Below, in pieces: positions 6,259 through 15,667 of a stretch of 61,607 bases of DNA. The notes below the pieces were generated by a model. That model did not search any database. It saw nothing but the letters and a program-made list of their open reading frames with translations, and had not been told where the DNA came from. Position 1 is the stretch's first letter; each line of letters begins with the position of its first letter. Position numbers and translations under genes: made by a program. The stretch comes from a virus (Duplodnaviria; Caudoviricetes), in the IMG/VR virus record IMGVR_UViG_3300008448_000080, positions 1 to 61,607 of that record; one strand, written 5' to 3'.

Positions 6259-8709
6259 TCAGAACGGGGGTGCGTTCTTCTTGTTGGGCTGATGCGGCTC
6301 CAGTTCGTTCTGCTGGGCCTCCACCTTGGGCCACTGGAACGGTCCGCCCATGTTCCGGTCCCAGAACTCCCGGACCTCCGACAGGGAGGGTAGGTGGTAC
6401 ACATACACCCGCTTCTTGATCAGGACCTCGAAGCCGTGCTCATTGATCCAGGGCACGTCCATCATCTCCTGACGTGAGAGGAGCTTGTTGGGCGGGAAGG
6501 CCCGGGACATGAACTTGCCGAAGCCGGTGAGGGACATCCGGAAGTTGCGGCCCTGGTCTTTCAGGTCGTTGATGTAGTCCTGGTACAGGCTTTCCTTCAC
6601 CACGCGGCCCTTCCAGTCCTGGTCGGTCTTGAGCATCCGGCCTTCCCACAGCTTTTCGTACATCCACTGCGTCTCCGGGGCCATGCTCATAATCTTCTGG
6701 TCCTGCAGGGCGTCCGTCTGGGGGACCTGGCGAACCTCGAAGGCGCTCAGGTCATAGGTCATCAGGTAGTGCAGCAAGTTCTCTAACCCGCCATCGTCCA
6801 GTTCGTCCTTGATGCGCTTGAAATAGCCGTGATCTTGCTTCTTCCCGTCCCCCACCTCCATGACAAAGAACCGGCGTTCATCCAGGCCAGCGGGCACCAC
6901 CCAGTCCTCGTTGGACGCCAGAATCAAGTGGACGTAGTTGGGCGCGGCTTCCGCGTCCACGCCCTTGCCTTCGATGACCAGGTGCTCCTCCGTGATCAGG
7001 GTCTTGAGCACTGACTCGTGCTTCTTGTCCCCGGCGAAGAATGCCTCATCACCGAACAGCAGGACCGTGTCCCGGAGGTGGGCGTTGAAGGAGCCCACGA
7101 GGTGCTTCGAGTCCGACACCTGCAGGTAATGACGCCCAAACATCGCACCGAGAATCTTGGCAAAGAAGGACTTGCCCGTGCCCCGCTTCCCGCGAAGAAC
7201 CACGGCCACTTCCCCGGGTCCGTCCGGGTGCTGAATCATTCGAGCCATCCAGCCCACAAGGTACTGGAAGTGCTCCGGGTTCCCGGAGCAGACGTTGTCG
7301 CGCACGTGGAGCAGAAAGGACTCGTGCTTGCTCCCCGGGAGGGAGTTGCACGCGAAGCCCCGCCAGAGGTTGTAGGCGTCCTCCGTCTCCCGGCCCGGGG
7401 CGAACAGGATTGTCTCATATTGGCGGCGCTTCGGGTGATCAATCCAGAAGGCTCCTGCGGCCTTCTCGATGGGCTGACCGTTGTCCGAGTGCCCAACCAC
7501 TACCTTGATGTGGCGGTAGCGGTTCCGGAAGTCCTCGAAGGACTGCTTGCTGATCTTGGTCCGGTTCAGGGACAGGTCCATCACCTCCGAGATAATGCGG
7601 CACTTGCCCCCGATGTCGCTGATCACGGCGTGCTTCTCGTTGAGCATCCGCAGCATGGGGTCAACGGCCTCCTCCTGCGCACGTTCGATCTGGCGCAGTG
7701 CATAGCCCTCCCAGTTCGGTTTATCGCGCACGCTGGTGGCGATTTCGTTGGAGCCGGTGATCACCGCAAATATCATCTCCGGCGGTACGTCCGCCCGGAC
7801 CAGATCACAGCAAACTCTGAACAGGGCTTCGGAGCGGGAGGCGTACTTGGTGGGGTCCAGCGGGTCCTGCCCAGTAGCAATCAGCGCCAGCGTGTGGTCA
7901 CTGATCGCCTTGTTGTGTTCCTGGGCCCATTCCTTCAGTTCGTCCGTCCCGATGTCCGGGACGTTGCCCGTGATCTTCACCTTCGGACGGCCTCCGCCCG
8001 CCAGCCCCTGCTCAGACATCTGAACACGGGGGGCGGGGGTGAATTGTTCAATCGGGTAACTGACGTTGTTCCACTCGATCAGGACGGCCAGCGCGGGCCA
8101 ACGGCCCTTCTTGCGCTTCTTGAGCGTGGGCATGTTGATCGTGCCCGGGAGGCGCATGATGCGGTCCACGTTGTGGCAGTGGTCCGCCTGAAACACCTTC
8201 TCCAGCTGGATGTTGTACGCTTCCAGCTCCTGGGCCTTGGCAATGCTGCCGTTGATCTCCAACTTCTCCGAAGGCGACAGCCTCCAAAAGCCCTGAAAGC
8301 CACCGCCGGAGTCCACGATGGCCGTGGGCTTGGGGGTGTAGTTCTGAAGCATCTTCAGGGCGCGTGTTCGCTCCTCCTCGATTTCCTCCCCGGCACGCGG
8401 GTCGATGTCCACGTGGAGCCATTCGAGTCGGGCGATGTCCTCCTTGGAGGCTTTCACGTCCATTGCCCGTCGAACCGGGTTGACGTGGAAGTACACGTTG
8501 CGCTTGCCCTGTTGTTCCTCAATCCACTCAGCGGCCTTCTGCCACTTGTCGGGGGTGAATGTCAGGGTTTCGGTCTTGCCGTCCGGGATGATCGCAGTGA
8601 GAACCCAAGGCCCCTCCGGGCACCACTTCTTCAAGAAGCTGATTGCAGCCTTCGTGTCGTGTTCCGGGAGGGGGCGGGGTTTCGTGAATTCTTCACCAAA
8701 ACGATTCAT
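6259..8709 (-). CDS. DNA primase-helicase (RepB-like primase domain plus SF3/DUF5906 helicase)
   Basis: HVDIDP, DSGGGFQGFW, RIMRLPGT primase motifs; Walker A GKRGTGKS; FGDEA; LASN; ERRF. Confidence 0.9.
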   Translation of the reverse strand: MNRFGEEFTKPRPLPEHDTKAAISFLKKWCPEGPWVLTAIIPDGKTETLTFTPDKWQKAAEWIEEQQGKRNVYFHVNPVRRAMDVKASKEDIARLEWLHVDIDPRAGEEIEEERTRALKMLQNYTPKPTAIVDSGGGFQGFWRLSPSEKLEINGSIAKAQELEAYNIQLEKVFQADHCHNVDRIMRLPGTINMPTLKKRKKGRWPALAVLIEWNNVSYPIEQFTPAPRVQMSEQGLAGGGRPKVKITGNVPDIGTDELKEWAQEHNKAISDHTLALIATGQDPLDPTKYASRSEALFRVCCDLVRADVPPEMIFAVITGSNEIATSVRDKPNWEGYALRQIERAQEEAVDPMLRMLNEKHAVISDIGGKCRIISEVMDLSLNRTKISKQSFEDFRNRYRHIKVVVGHSDNGQPIEKAAGAFWIDHPKRRQYETILFAPGRETEDAYNLWRGFACNSLPGSKHESFLLHVRDNVCSGNPEHFQYLVGWMARMIQHPDGPGEVAVVLRGKRGTGKSFFAKILGAMFGRHYLQVSDSKHLVGSFNAHLRDTVLLFGDEAFFAGDKKHESVLKTLITEEHLVIEGKGVDAEAAPNYVHLILASNEDWVVPAGLDERRFFVMEVGDGKKQDHGYFKRIKDELDDGGLENLLHYLMTYDLSAFEVRQVPQTDALQDQKIMSMAPETQWMYEKLWEGRMLKTDQDWKGRVVKESLYQDYINDLKDQGRNFRMSLTGFGKFMSRAFPPNKLLSRQEMMDVPWINEHGFEVLIKKRVYVYHLPSLSEVREFWDRNMGGPFQWPKVEAQQNELEPHQPNKKNAPPF

Positions 8710-9044
8710 GCCTGGGTCTCCCAATAGCCCTTCAGGCGGTCAATGGAGGCTTCGCCCAACTCCATCTTCATGACCCACAGGCGGGTCATCCCGATAGCGG
8801 CTGCGACTTCCCGCTGAGTCATACCGGCGCGGCGGCGGCGCAGCAGGCAGACTTCGTGCGGCTTCATATGTCCCGCGTTGTAGTGCGGTACGTCCTCCGG
8901 GCGTTCGTCCGTCTCCCAGGCCCGGTAGGTGTCCACGTGCACTCCGTAGCGGGCAGCGGCCTGCAACTGGTTCTCCGCCTTGCGGCGGCGCTCCAGCAGT
9001 AGGCTTTCGCCCCGGGTCGGTTTCAGTTCAGCAGCCATGTACAA
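8706..9044 (-). CDS. Tandem helix-turn-helix transcriptional regulator
   Basis: Two XRE-like HTH units (NQLQAAARYGV...WE; MTQREVAAAIG...MELG). Confidence 0.8.
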   Translation of the reverse strand: MYMAAELKPTRGESLLLERRRKAENQLQAAARYGVHVDTYRAWETDERPEDVPHYNAGHMKPHEVCLLRRRRAGMTQREVAAAIGMTRLWVMKMELGEASIDRLKGYWETQA

Positions 9045-9421
9045 ATCTCCTCAGTTTTGGGCTTGCGGGTCCATCGGGCCACGCATGCCGCGTAAAGTTT
9101 CTGTTGTTCGACTTGCCCAAGGACACCGGCGGCAACCGCCCCGTCGAACAACAACCATTCATTCTCCCCCACCTTCAGAAGGAGGAAGGCCCGCCCACCG
9201 GCGTGCCTTCGCTTCGTGAGCCAGACTTTTTGCTGTTGAGTGAAGTGGTCCACGCGGAGCGGTCCGCCCATCGGGGGCCACCGCTCCGCGTACTTCAATT
9301 CAATCCAGCCCCCGGTGTAGTTCACATCCGGGGTTCCGGGCACGATGGGGTTCTCAACCCGTACCGGGTCCAGCTTCTTCAGCATCGGTCGGATTGCGTC
9401 CCACATCGCGGCTTCAGACAT
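9023..9421 (-). CDS. PD-(D/E)XK nuclease, Holliday junction resolvase/VRR-NUC-like
   Basis: GTPDV...WIELK...QKVWL motif. Confidence 0.8.
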   Translation of the reverse strand: MSEAAMWDAIRPMLKKLDPVRVENPIVPGTPDVNYTGGWIELKYAERWPPMGGPLRVDHFTQQQKVWLTKRRHAGGRAFLLLKVGENEWLLFDGAVAAGVLGQVEQQKLYAACVARWTRKPKTEEICTWLLN

Positions 9422-9878
9422 CTGCCCAGCTCACTTTCACGTTGTAGCGGCGGGCGATTTCCAACGATTGGTCAATCAACCCATTCCACTGGTCCACCCA
9501 CTTCGGGTCCCGGCCCTCGAATTGGATGGGCGGGAACACGACACGGGTCACTCCGGCCTTCGCGGCAGCTTCCAAGCAGTTCGGGCAGCAGGGAAAAGAA
9601 GTATAGAACGTGAACCTCTGTGCAGTCTCCCCCTCAAGGAACTTCAGCGCGTTGATTTCAGCGTGAACCACGTGTTGGTACTTGTACTCACGATCAGCGT
9701 ACAGCTCCGGGTGATCATCGTGCCCCGGCGGGAAGCCGTTGAACCCGGTGGACGCCACGGAGTTGTTTGGACGGACCAGGACGGCCCCCACCTTCGTGGA
9801 CGGGTCCTTGCTCCAAGTGGCCACTTCCTTCGCCAGCGCGATGTAGCGGCGGTCCCACTTCGCTTGGCGCGTGCTCAC
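9414..9878 (-). CDS. dCMP deaminase
   Basis: SKDPSTKVGA, HAEINAL and PCCPNC zinc motifs. Confidence 0.93.
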   Translation of the reverse strand: MSTRQAKWDRRYIALAKEVATWSKDPSTKVGAVLVRPNNSVASTGFNGFPPGHDDHPELYADREYKYQHVVHAEINALKFLEGETAQRFTFYTSFPCCPNCLEAAAKAGVTRVVFPPIQFEGRDPKWVDQWNGLIDQSLEIARRYNVKVSWADV

Positions 9879-10717
9879 AGCAACTCCTTCTTAAGGGTTT
9901 GTATGCGATCAGGAACCAATTCGGAATACTCCGGATTCAATTCAATTATCAGTGAATCCCTGCCCAAGGCTTCTGCCACTCCTGCGACAGTGCCGGAGCC
10001 CCCAAAGGGGTCCAAGATAATTCCTCCTTTTGGACTACCTGCAAGGATTGCCGGAAGGACTAGCCCGGCGGGGAATGTTGCAAAATGACCTCCCTTGTAG
10101 GGCTTGGCAGCCAATTCCCAAACGCTTCTGCGGTTTCTTCTTGAAACCCCATTGCGAGCAGGCTCCTGAAAGGCATCATAGTCAAAATAGTACCGCTCCG
10201 ACTTGCTGAACATGAAAAGATACTCATGAGCTTTTGTTGCGCGGTCTTTGACACTTTCCGGCATAGGGTTGGGCTTGGACCAGATTATGTCTTGTCTAAG
10301 ATACCAACCATCGTCAGATAGGGCCAGGGCCAGGCGCCAAGGTATGCCCAGCAGTTCCTTCGGCTTCGCTGTTGGGTCAGTGGGCCTCACCCAATCTTTT
10401 TGTAGGGCAGAGGCTCGCAACGTCTGTTGTTTTAAGCCCTGTGTTGCCCCGTGACCTTTTCTTCCAGCAGCGTTGTAGCTGTCTGCTATGTTGAGCCACA
10501 AAGTTCCGGCGGGCTTTAATACCCGGCGGACTTCGCGGAAAACTTCAACCATGCCCGCCACGTACTCCTCACGGTTTGTTTCCAGTCCCATTTGACGGTC
10601 ATTTCCGTAGTCTCTCAACCCAAAGTAGGGGGGAGAGGTAACGACGCAATCCACGTGATTGTCGGGAACGGTTTTCAGAATGTCCCTACAGTCCCCGATC
10701 AGCAGAGAATAGCTCAT
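9875..10717 (-). CDS. Beta-class N4-cytosine DNA methyltransferase (Cfr9I/SmaI-like)
   Basis: TSPPY catalytic motif precedes DPFGGSGT SAM-binding motif; GLRDYG, GIPWRLA, MPESVKDR, HFATFP blocks; more AT-rich than flanks. Confidence 0.9.
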   Translation of the reverse strand: MSYSLLIGDCRDILKTVPDNHVDCVVTSPPYFGLRDYGNDRQMGLETNREEYVAGMVEVFREVRRVLKPAGTLWLNIADSYNAAGRKGHGATQGLKQQTLRASALQKDWVRPTDPTAKPKELLGIPWRLALALSDDGWYLRQDIIWSKPNPMPESVKDRATKAHEYLFMFSKSERYYFDYDAFQEPARNGVSRRNRRSVWELAAKPYKGGHFATFPAGLVLPAILAGSPKGGIILDPFGGSGTVAGVAEALGRDSLIIELNPEYSELVPDRIQTLKKELL

Positions 10718-10911
10718 ATCAAGCCCTTCTCGTTGGCAATCCACTCCGTCACCGTCAGGGTCACCGACTTCGGACCCTTCACCACGTTGCGGACCTGTGA
10801 CTTGGGCATCCAGATTTCGGCCTCACCCCCGTGGTCGATCAGCAGGGCCTTCTCCGTCTCCCGCTTCACCACGCACTCGATTTCTACGGTGTTCTCGTTG
10901 CTAGTTCTCAT
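10714..10911 (-). CDS. Small conserved phage protein
   Basis: ETEKALL...WMPKSQ...EWIA.EKGL pattern. Confidence 0.75.
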   Translation of the reverse strand: MRTSNENTVEIECVVKRETEKALLIDHGGEAEIWMPKSQVRNVVKGPKSVTLTVTEWIANEKGLI

Positions 10912-11456
10912 TTAACGCTCCTTCTAAGTCTTGCTGTTTCAAGTTTTGCCAGCATCCGCTGGCGGTATTCGGGGTCAGCCCACTGTCGCTGTGCGCTTTC
11001 GCGGCGCTTCTCCCGATAGGCGTCTGAGTTGTAACCCGCATTGGGGTCCTTCCTCAGTCGCTTATGGGTTTCACTTTGTTTCTGACGGTACTCCGGTTGA
11101 TTGAATCCTGACCCGGGGTCTGCCCAGACGGACTTCCGGGCGGCGCTCAAGACACCCCGTGTTTCTTCCGAAGGTACAATGCCCTCACCCCCAGCGGTCA
11201 GGTTGTACCCGTGAGGGTCCATGGTCCCTCGTTCCCGGATGTGATGGGCCTCCCGTTCATTCAACATCTCCGTACAACATACCTCAATCACCTCGAAGCG
11301 GAAGGCCCCCACCCCGTGCTTACCCAAGGCGGCGTTCAGCTTTGGGCAACTGGAGCCCAAGCGGTGATCGTTCCACCGCTTCTCAATGTTCCGAGATTGC
11401 CCCACGTAGGCTTTCCCGGAATCACGGTGGGTGATCAGGTAGATGCCGCAGGTCAT
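10908..11456 (-). CDS. Free-standing GIY-YIG homing endonuclease
   Basis: GIYLI...AYVGQS, R and E catalytic positions, GYNLTAGGEG, NUMOD-like tail. Confidence 0.9.
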   Translation of the reverse strand: MTCGIYLITHRDSGKAYVGQSRNIEKRWNDHRLGSSCPKLNAALGKHGVGAFRFEVIEVCCTEMLNEREAHHIRERGTMDPHGYNLTAGGEGIVPSEETRGVLSAARKSVWADPGSGFNQPEYRQKQSETHKRLRKDPNAGYNSDAYREKRRESAQRQWADPEYRQRMLAKLETARLRRSVK

Positions 11457-13429
11457 CCCTCAAACCCCATGGAATGTCCCCAGCTTCTCCCCACCTCCAC
11501 GTCAACTTTTGAAGGAAGTTCGAGGGGCGTGCAGGTACGCATGATGTGGGCGGCTTGTTCGGCTTCCTCCTTCGACTTCACGCTGAATGCGATCTCATCG
11601 TGGACCTGAATGATGATGTCGAACCCGGCGGCATCGCAGGCCACCATTGCCATCTTCGTCTGATCAGCGGAGGAGCCCTGGATCAGGCGGTTCAGGCCCT
11701 TGTGCGTCCAGTCGAAGTTCCCGTCATTGTCCTTCGGGAAGCGGCAGCGGCGTCCGGAGACGGTGACGATGTGGCCCACGGCCTTCGCACGGGCTTCGCA
11801 AGCCTTCGCCAGCTTCTTGATGAAGGGCACCTTGCGGTCGAACGTGTCCAGGAGGGCCTGACCCTCCGGCCCAGCGGCTTCCCACCGGCGGGCTCCCTGC
11901 TCCGCCAACCGGATACCCTCCGGGCTGTTCGCGTCGAAGGTCTGGCCCCGGGGTCCGCGCACCGCCATCATCGTGGGCAGGCCCAGCTTCCGGCACATCT
12001 TCGCCCCGCCCATACCGTAGGACAGGCCCAGGTAAATCTCCTTGGCGTCCTTGCGCTTGATGCCGGCCATATCCGCCATCATCTGGTGGTTGTCAGTCGT
12101 GGGGTCATCCCGGTAGCGGTCCCGGGCTTCAATCGCCTTCTCCCAGGCGTTCTGCCCAATCAGGTCCCGGGCCAGCGCGGCATAGTGCACCGCCATCCGG
12201 GGCTCCTGCTGCGAATAGTCGTTGGACGCCCACATCTCACCCTCCTCCGGGAGGTAGATGGCACGCCACATCGTTGCGAACTCATCGCGGGCGGGCTGCT
12301 GCTGGAGGTTCGGGTGCTCGCAGGACAACCGGCCATAAGCGGCCCCGGCGGTCCCGTCTGCCTCATCGTCCTTTTGACGGCGGAGTTGGTTGAAGGTACA
12401 GTGGAGCCGTCCGTTGATCAGGTGGTCCCGGACGGACTGCCCGAAGGTCGTGCGCAGCTTGTTCACCTTCCGGGCACGTTCCAGGGCATGGGCCACCGGG
12501 TGGTCGATGCCCGCCAGCAGTTCCTTGTCGATGTTGGGCTTGCCCTGGGAGGTCTTTTTGAGCTTGATGCCAATATATTCAAGGGCGGGCGCAATCGTCT
12601 CCGGCTTCCAGACATCGCCCACGTTCACGCGAACTCCGGTGTGGTGATGAACCGCCTTCAGGGCTTCCGTCTCCTGGGCCAGCGCCCACTTCTCAATCAT
12701 GTCCAGTCGGTCCAGGTCAATCCGGACGCCCCGGCGGCGCAGCTTCGTCAGCACCGGGAGCAGGCGGGACTCCAGGTCATAGACGCCCCAAAGGTTCTGC
12801 TCATCAATCTCCCGCTCCTGACGGCGGAGGATGTTCAGCGGCAGGCGGGTGTCCTCCTCCGCGTAGGGCCCAACGAACCGGGCGGGCAGCTTCCACATGT
12901 CCTTCTTCGGGTCAATCTTGTAGTCCAGCGCGGCTTCCTTGAGCAGCTGCTCATTCTTGCCGTCGAAGCCCCAACGGGAGGCAATCGACTGCATGCTGTA
13001 GCTGTCATACAACTCGCAAATCAGCGGGTCCGCAATCTGGATGTCCCGGAAGAAGCGGGCGGACTTGTACTCAATGCCGTCCCCGGCCAGGTAGTCCAAG
13101 TCATACGGGAGGTTGGCCCCCACGATGTCGCCCTTGAACACGGCGGCTTGATCGCGGAGGTAGCGCAGCACTTGATCCACGGGGAGGTTGTCCCCGCCTT
13201 CGTGTCGCATCGGCAGGTAGAACCCCGGCCCGTCCTCAATCGTGAAGCTCACCCCGGTGATGTAGCTGTTCGGGCGGCGTCCCGCTCCGGGTCCGAGTTT
13301 GCGCAGGTCCGGGTCCCGGGTTTCGCAGTCCACGGCGATGCGCTTGGCGTCCGCCCAAGAGGGCAGCGTGTTCAGCTCCGGCGGCTTCCAGTTGCTGTGG
13401 GCGGTCATGAACAGAGGTTGTTGCATCAA
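11453..13429 (-). CDS. polA: DNA polymerase, family A, with 3'-5' exonuclease domain
   Basis: DCET exonuclease motif; GRLS..PNLQQ, DYSQQEPR, R..AK...LGLSYGMG, IQGSSAD, QVHDE. Confidence 0.96.
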   Translation of the reverse strand: MMQQPLFMTAHSNWKPPELNTLPSWADAKRIAVDCETRDPDLRKLGPGAGRRPNSYITGVSFTIEDGPGFYLPMRHEGGDNLPVDQVLRYLRDQAAVFKGDIVGANLPYDLDYLAGDGIEYKSARFFRDIQIADPLICELYDSYSMQSIASRWGFDGKNEQLLKEAALDYKIDPKKDMWKLPARFVGPYAEEDTRLPLNILRRQEREIDEQNLWGVYDLESRLLPVLTKLRRRGVRIDLDRLDMIEKWALAQETEALKAVHHHTGVRVNVGDVWKPETIAPALEYIGIKLKKTSQGKPNIDKELLAGIDHPVAHALERARKVNKLRTTFGQSVRDHLINGRLHCTFNQLRRQKDDEADGTAGAAYGRLSCEHPNLQQQPARDEFATMWRAIYLPEEGEMWASNDYSQQEPRMAVHYAALARDLIGQNAWEKAIEARDRYRDDPTTDNHQMMADMAGIKRKDAKEIYLGLSYGMGGAKMCRKLGLPTMMAVRGPRGQTFDANSPEGIRLAEQGARRWEAAGPEGQALLDTFDRKVPFIKKLAKACEARAKAVGHIVTVSGRRCRFPKDNDGNFDWTHKGLNRLIQGSSADQTKMAMVACDAAGFDIIIQVHDEIAFSVKSKEEAEQAAHIMRTCTPLELPSKVDVEVGRSWGHSMGFEG

Positions 13430-13809
13430 CGGACCTCCTCGATCATCTCACGCAGCAGTTCGAGGGCGCGGGTCAGCTCCGGGTCCGCTTCCCAGAACGT
13501 CAGGATGCGCACGAACTCCGCTTCATTGGTGGTCAGTCCGTTCGACTCCACGAAGTCCTCGAAGCTGAGGACCATCGGAGCCGTCCGGGGCGGCAGGTAG
13601 CCGTTGCGGTGAAGGTCCTGAACCTTCTCCACGTAGTGCACCGCCTTCTCCAGGTCCTGAAGCGGGCTTTCATGCTTCTTGCGGTTGCGCGTTGCGTACT
13701 TGGTCGCACAACCTTCGGTGTAGCGGAGCCCGTTCAGCTCCACGTAGTCCCAGTGTTGGACCTTCGAGCGGTAATGGTCACCGCCCACTTGTTTTTCGTT
13801 CACGTTCAT
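13426..13809 (-). CDS. DUF3310-type protein (nucleotide-modification associated)
   Basis: QVGGDHY...KY..R...K....QDLEKA.HY motif. Confidence 0.8.
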   Translation of the reverse strand: MNVNEKQVGGDHYRSKVQHWDYVELNGLRYTEGCATKYATRNRKKHESPLQDLEKAVHYVEKVQDLHRNGYLPPRTAPMVLSFEDFVESNGLTTNEAEFVRILTFWEADPELTRALELLREMIEEVR

Positions 13810-14005
13810 CGTTCAGCTCCTTGGTAAGTTCTCGAACCCGGCGGACTTGGGCCTGGTACAGGTAGGCCAGCGGCCCTCCGTCCGGGCTCATCAGGTATTT
13901 GTGCGCCTTGAGCAGGTGGTCCGCAAGGTCCTCCACCCGCTCATGGGCGCAGTAGCTCAGGCAGGGGTCCTCCGCCCAATCACGCTCCAGCTTGCGCAAG
14001 TCCAT
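13778..14005 (-). CDS. Hypothetical protein (MDLRKLERDW...)
   Basis: Short ORF bridging the HD and DUF3310 genes. Confidence 0.55.
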   Translation of the reverse strand: MDLRKLERDWAEDPCLSYCAHERVEDLADHLLKAHKYLMSPDGGPLAYLYQAQVRRVRELTKELNDERERKTSGR

Positions 14006-14618
14006 CGGCAACTTCCTCGAAGAAGTCGGACAGGCGCTTGTGAGGGGCGTTGCGCAATGCTGCGTAGAGCTGCGCGGCAATCGCGGGCAGGCTACCCTCC
14101 AGCTGGCGCTTCTCCGTCACCTTCTCGCATGCGCGGCGCATCGGCGTGACGGCGGCGTTGCCCAGGGCTTCTTCCTCCCGGCACCACAGCCACAGTTCGA
14201 GGGTGTCCACGGCCTTCAACCACGCTTGTTCGAGTTCCGTGAGTTCCGGGAACAGGCCCAGGCGCTTCAGCAGCTCCGTCTCCGCCCGCTCATAGACTTC
14301 GCCCAGCTCCGTGTTGTCCCACTTCGCGGGGGCGGGTACGTCCCCCAACCAGCGTTCCGCCACGTCATGCCACTGGACGGCCTTGATCAGCTTCAGGGAG
14401 GGCTTCGGGTGAAGCAACAGCAGGAGGCTCACCGCCCCGTAGCTGTGTTGGGCGATGTTGTACTGACCGTGGTGAGGGACGATATGACACCGGCGGACGG
14501 TCCCGGCTTCCCGGGTAGCTGCGAGGCGCGTCAGAAGCGGGCGCTGAACCCGCTCCCGGGCAGCTTCCGCTTCCACTTCCTCGTCACGGATTCTGGATGC
14601 TATGCTGCCCATGATCAC
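13980..14618 (-). CDS. HD-domain nucleotide phosphohydrolase (YfbR-like)
   Basis: VRRCH...NIAQHSY, WHDVAE..LGDVPAPAK, KAVD.LE. Confidence 0.85.
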   Translation of the reverse strand: MIMGSIASRIRDEEVEAEAARERVQRPLLTRLAATREAGTVRRCHIVPHHGQYNIAQHSYGAVSLLLLLHPKPSLKLIKAVQWHDVAERWLGDVPAPAKWDNTELGEVYERAETELLKRLGLFPELTELEQAWLKAVDTLELWLWCREEEALGNAAVTPMRRACEKVTEKRQLEGSLPAIAAQLYAALRNAPHKRLSDFFEEVADGLAQAGA

Positions 14619-15667
14619 GCTCCTGTACCGTAGTCCACGCCATCGTCCTGCGCACGGGCCTTGCGGGCTTCGTGCGCGGCGCGGCGGCGCTCAATCCACT
14701 CGATTGCGGCCAACCTCCAATCGGAAGCGGCCACCCGTCCGAGGGCGTCCATTGCCCCGTCGAAGTCCTTGGCCTTGTAGGCGGCGTGAGCCTGAGACAT
14801 CGGGATGGCCACCTTGCGGAAGAAGGGGTCACGGAAGCCCAAGGCATCCGGCTCCTCCATGAACATCTTCAGCTCCGCGTCCCACTCCTCCCGGGGCAAC
14901 GACATCAGCGGGAAGGGCTCCACCGCTTCGGCAGCATACGGGTCCGGGGTGGGCGCTCCGGTCAGGGGGTCCGGGGCGTAGTCTGCCAACGGGGAAACCT
15001 TCGCCAGCACGTCCTTGTAGGCGTGAAAGTTCGCGGACACTTGACGGTACACGCCCTGCGGGACGCCCACGGAGCGGGCCACGTACTCGTGGAGGTAGCT
15101 GAAGTGCACGGCGTTGGCACCGTAGGCTCCCCACACCAGATCGTTCGAGCGGTTGGTGACCATCATGTCCAGGCGTCCGTCCGATGAGACTTGAAACACG
15201 GCCTGAAGGTTGCACGGGAGGTCCTTGCCAGAGCGGCCCAAGTCAGCATCCGCGTCCCACATCGACAGGACCTGGCGGCGGTCATCCGGGTTCGCCTTCA
15301 GGGCGTTGATGATCTTGGGCAATTGGTCATCGAAGAAGAAGTTGCGCCAGCGGAAGCCGTAAGCCCCGTGGAACACCTTGCCATCGTCCGAGTAGGTGCG
15401 CATGCGCTCCACGTAGCGGGCCACGAACTCCACATCACGGCGTCCCGCCAGCATCCAGAGGCTTTCCACCAGGTGGAAGAACGGGTTGCAATCCCGCTCC
15501 GCCCAGAACATCACCCGCTCCGCAGGGCGGAGGTACACCGTGGTCACCGGCTCCGGGAACATGCGCACGGGACCGTTGCGGCTTTCACGCTCCACGCCTT
15601 CGTTGTTGAGCTGATACAAGGCTTCGGGAAGGGCCTGTTGTACGTTGCGTGCTTTGATGACTTTCAT
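14615..15667 (-). CDS. Thymidylate synthase homologue, probable dUMP hydroxymethylase
   Basis: GAYGFRWR, RRQVLSMWD, DLPCN, NRSNDLVWGAYGANAVHFS, NFHAY; lies within a T-hypermodification cluster. Confidence 0.9.
   Translation of the reverse strand: MKVIKARNVQQALPEALYQLNNEGVERESRNGPVRMFPEPVTTVYLRPAERVMFWAERDCNPFFHLVESLWMLAGRRDVEFVARYVERMRTYSDDGKVFHGAYGFRWRNFFFDDQLPKIINALKANPDDRRQVLSMWDADADLGRSGKDLPCNLQAVFQVSSDGRLDMMVTNRSNDLVWGAYGANAVHFSYLHEYVARSVGVPQGVYRQVSANFHAYKDVLAKVSPLADYAPDPLTGAPTPDPYAAEAVEPFPLMSLPREEWDAELKMFMEEPDALGFRDPFFRKVAIPMSQAHAAYKAKDFDGAMDALGRVAASDWRLAAIEWIERRRAAHEARKARAQDDGVDYGTGA

Noticed and set aside
6259-9044. Integrase/repressor lysogeny module
   Set aside because: The large ORF has primase and helicase motifs, not recombinase motifs; an HTH gene alone does not show lysogeny
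9023-10717. Methyltransferase plus nuclease as a restriction-modification pair
   Set aside because: The nuclease is a small resolvase-like protein in a standard replication position, separated from the methyltransferase by dCMP deaminase and with normal GC content
10908-13429. Group I intron or intein in polA, nrdJ or terL
   Set aside because: All catalytic motifs are contiguous in single ORFs; the endonucleases lie between genes with coupled start/stop codons
14615-15667. Canonical thyA
   Set aside because: Divergent motifs and location among hmU-modifying genes favour a dUMP hydroxymethylase
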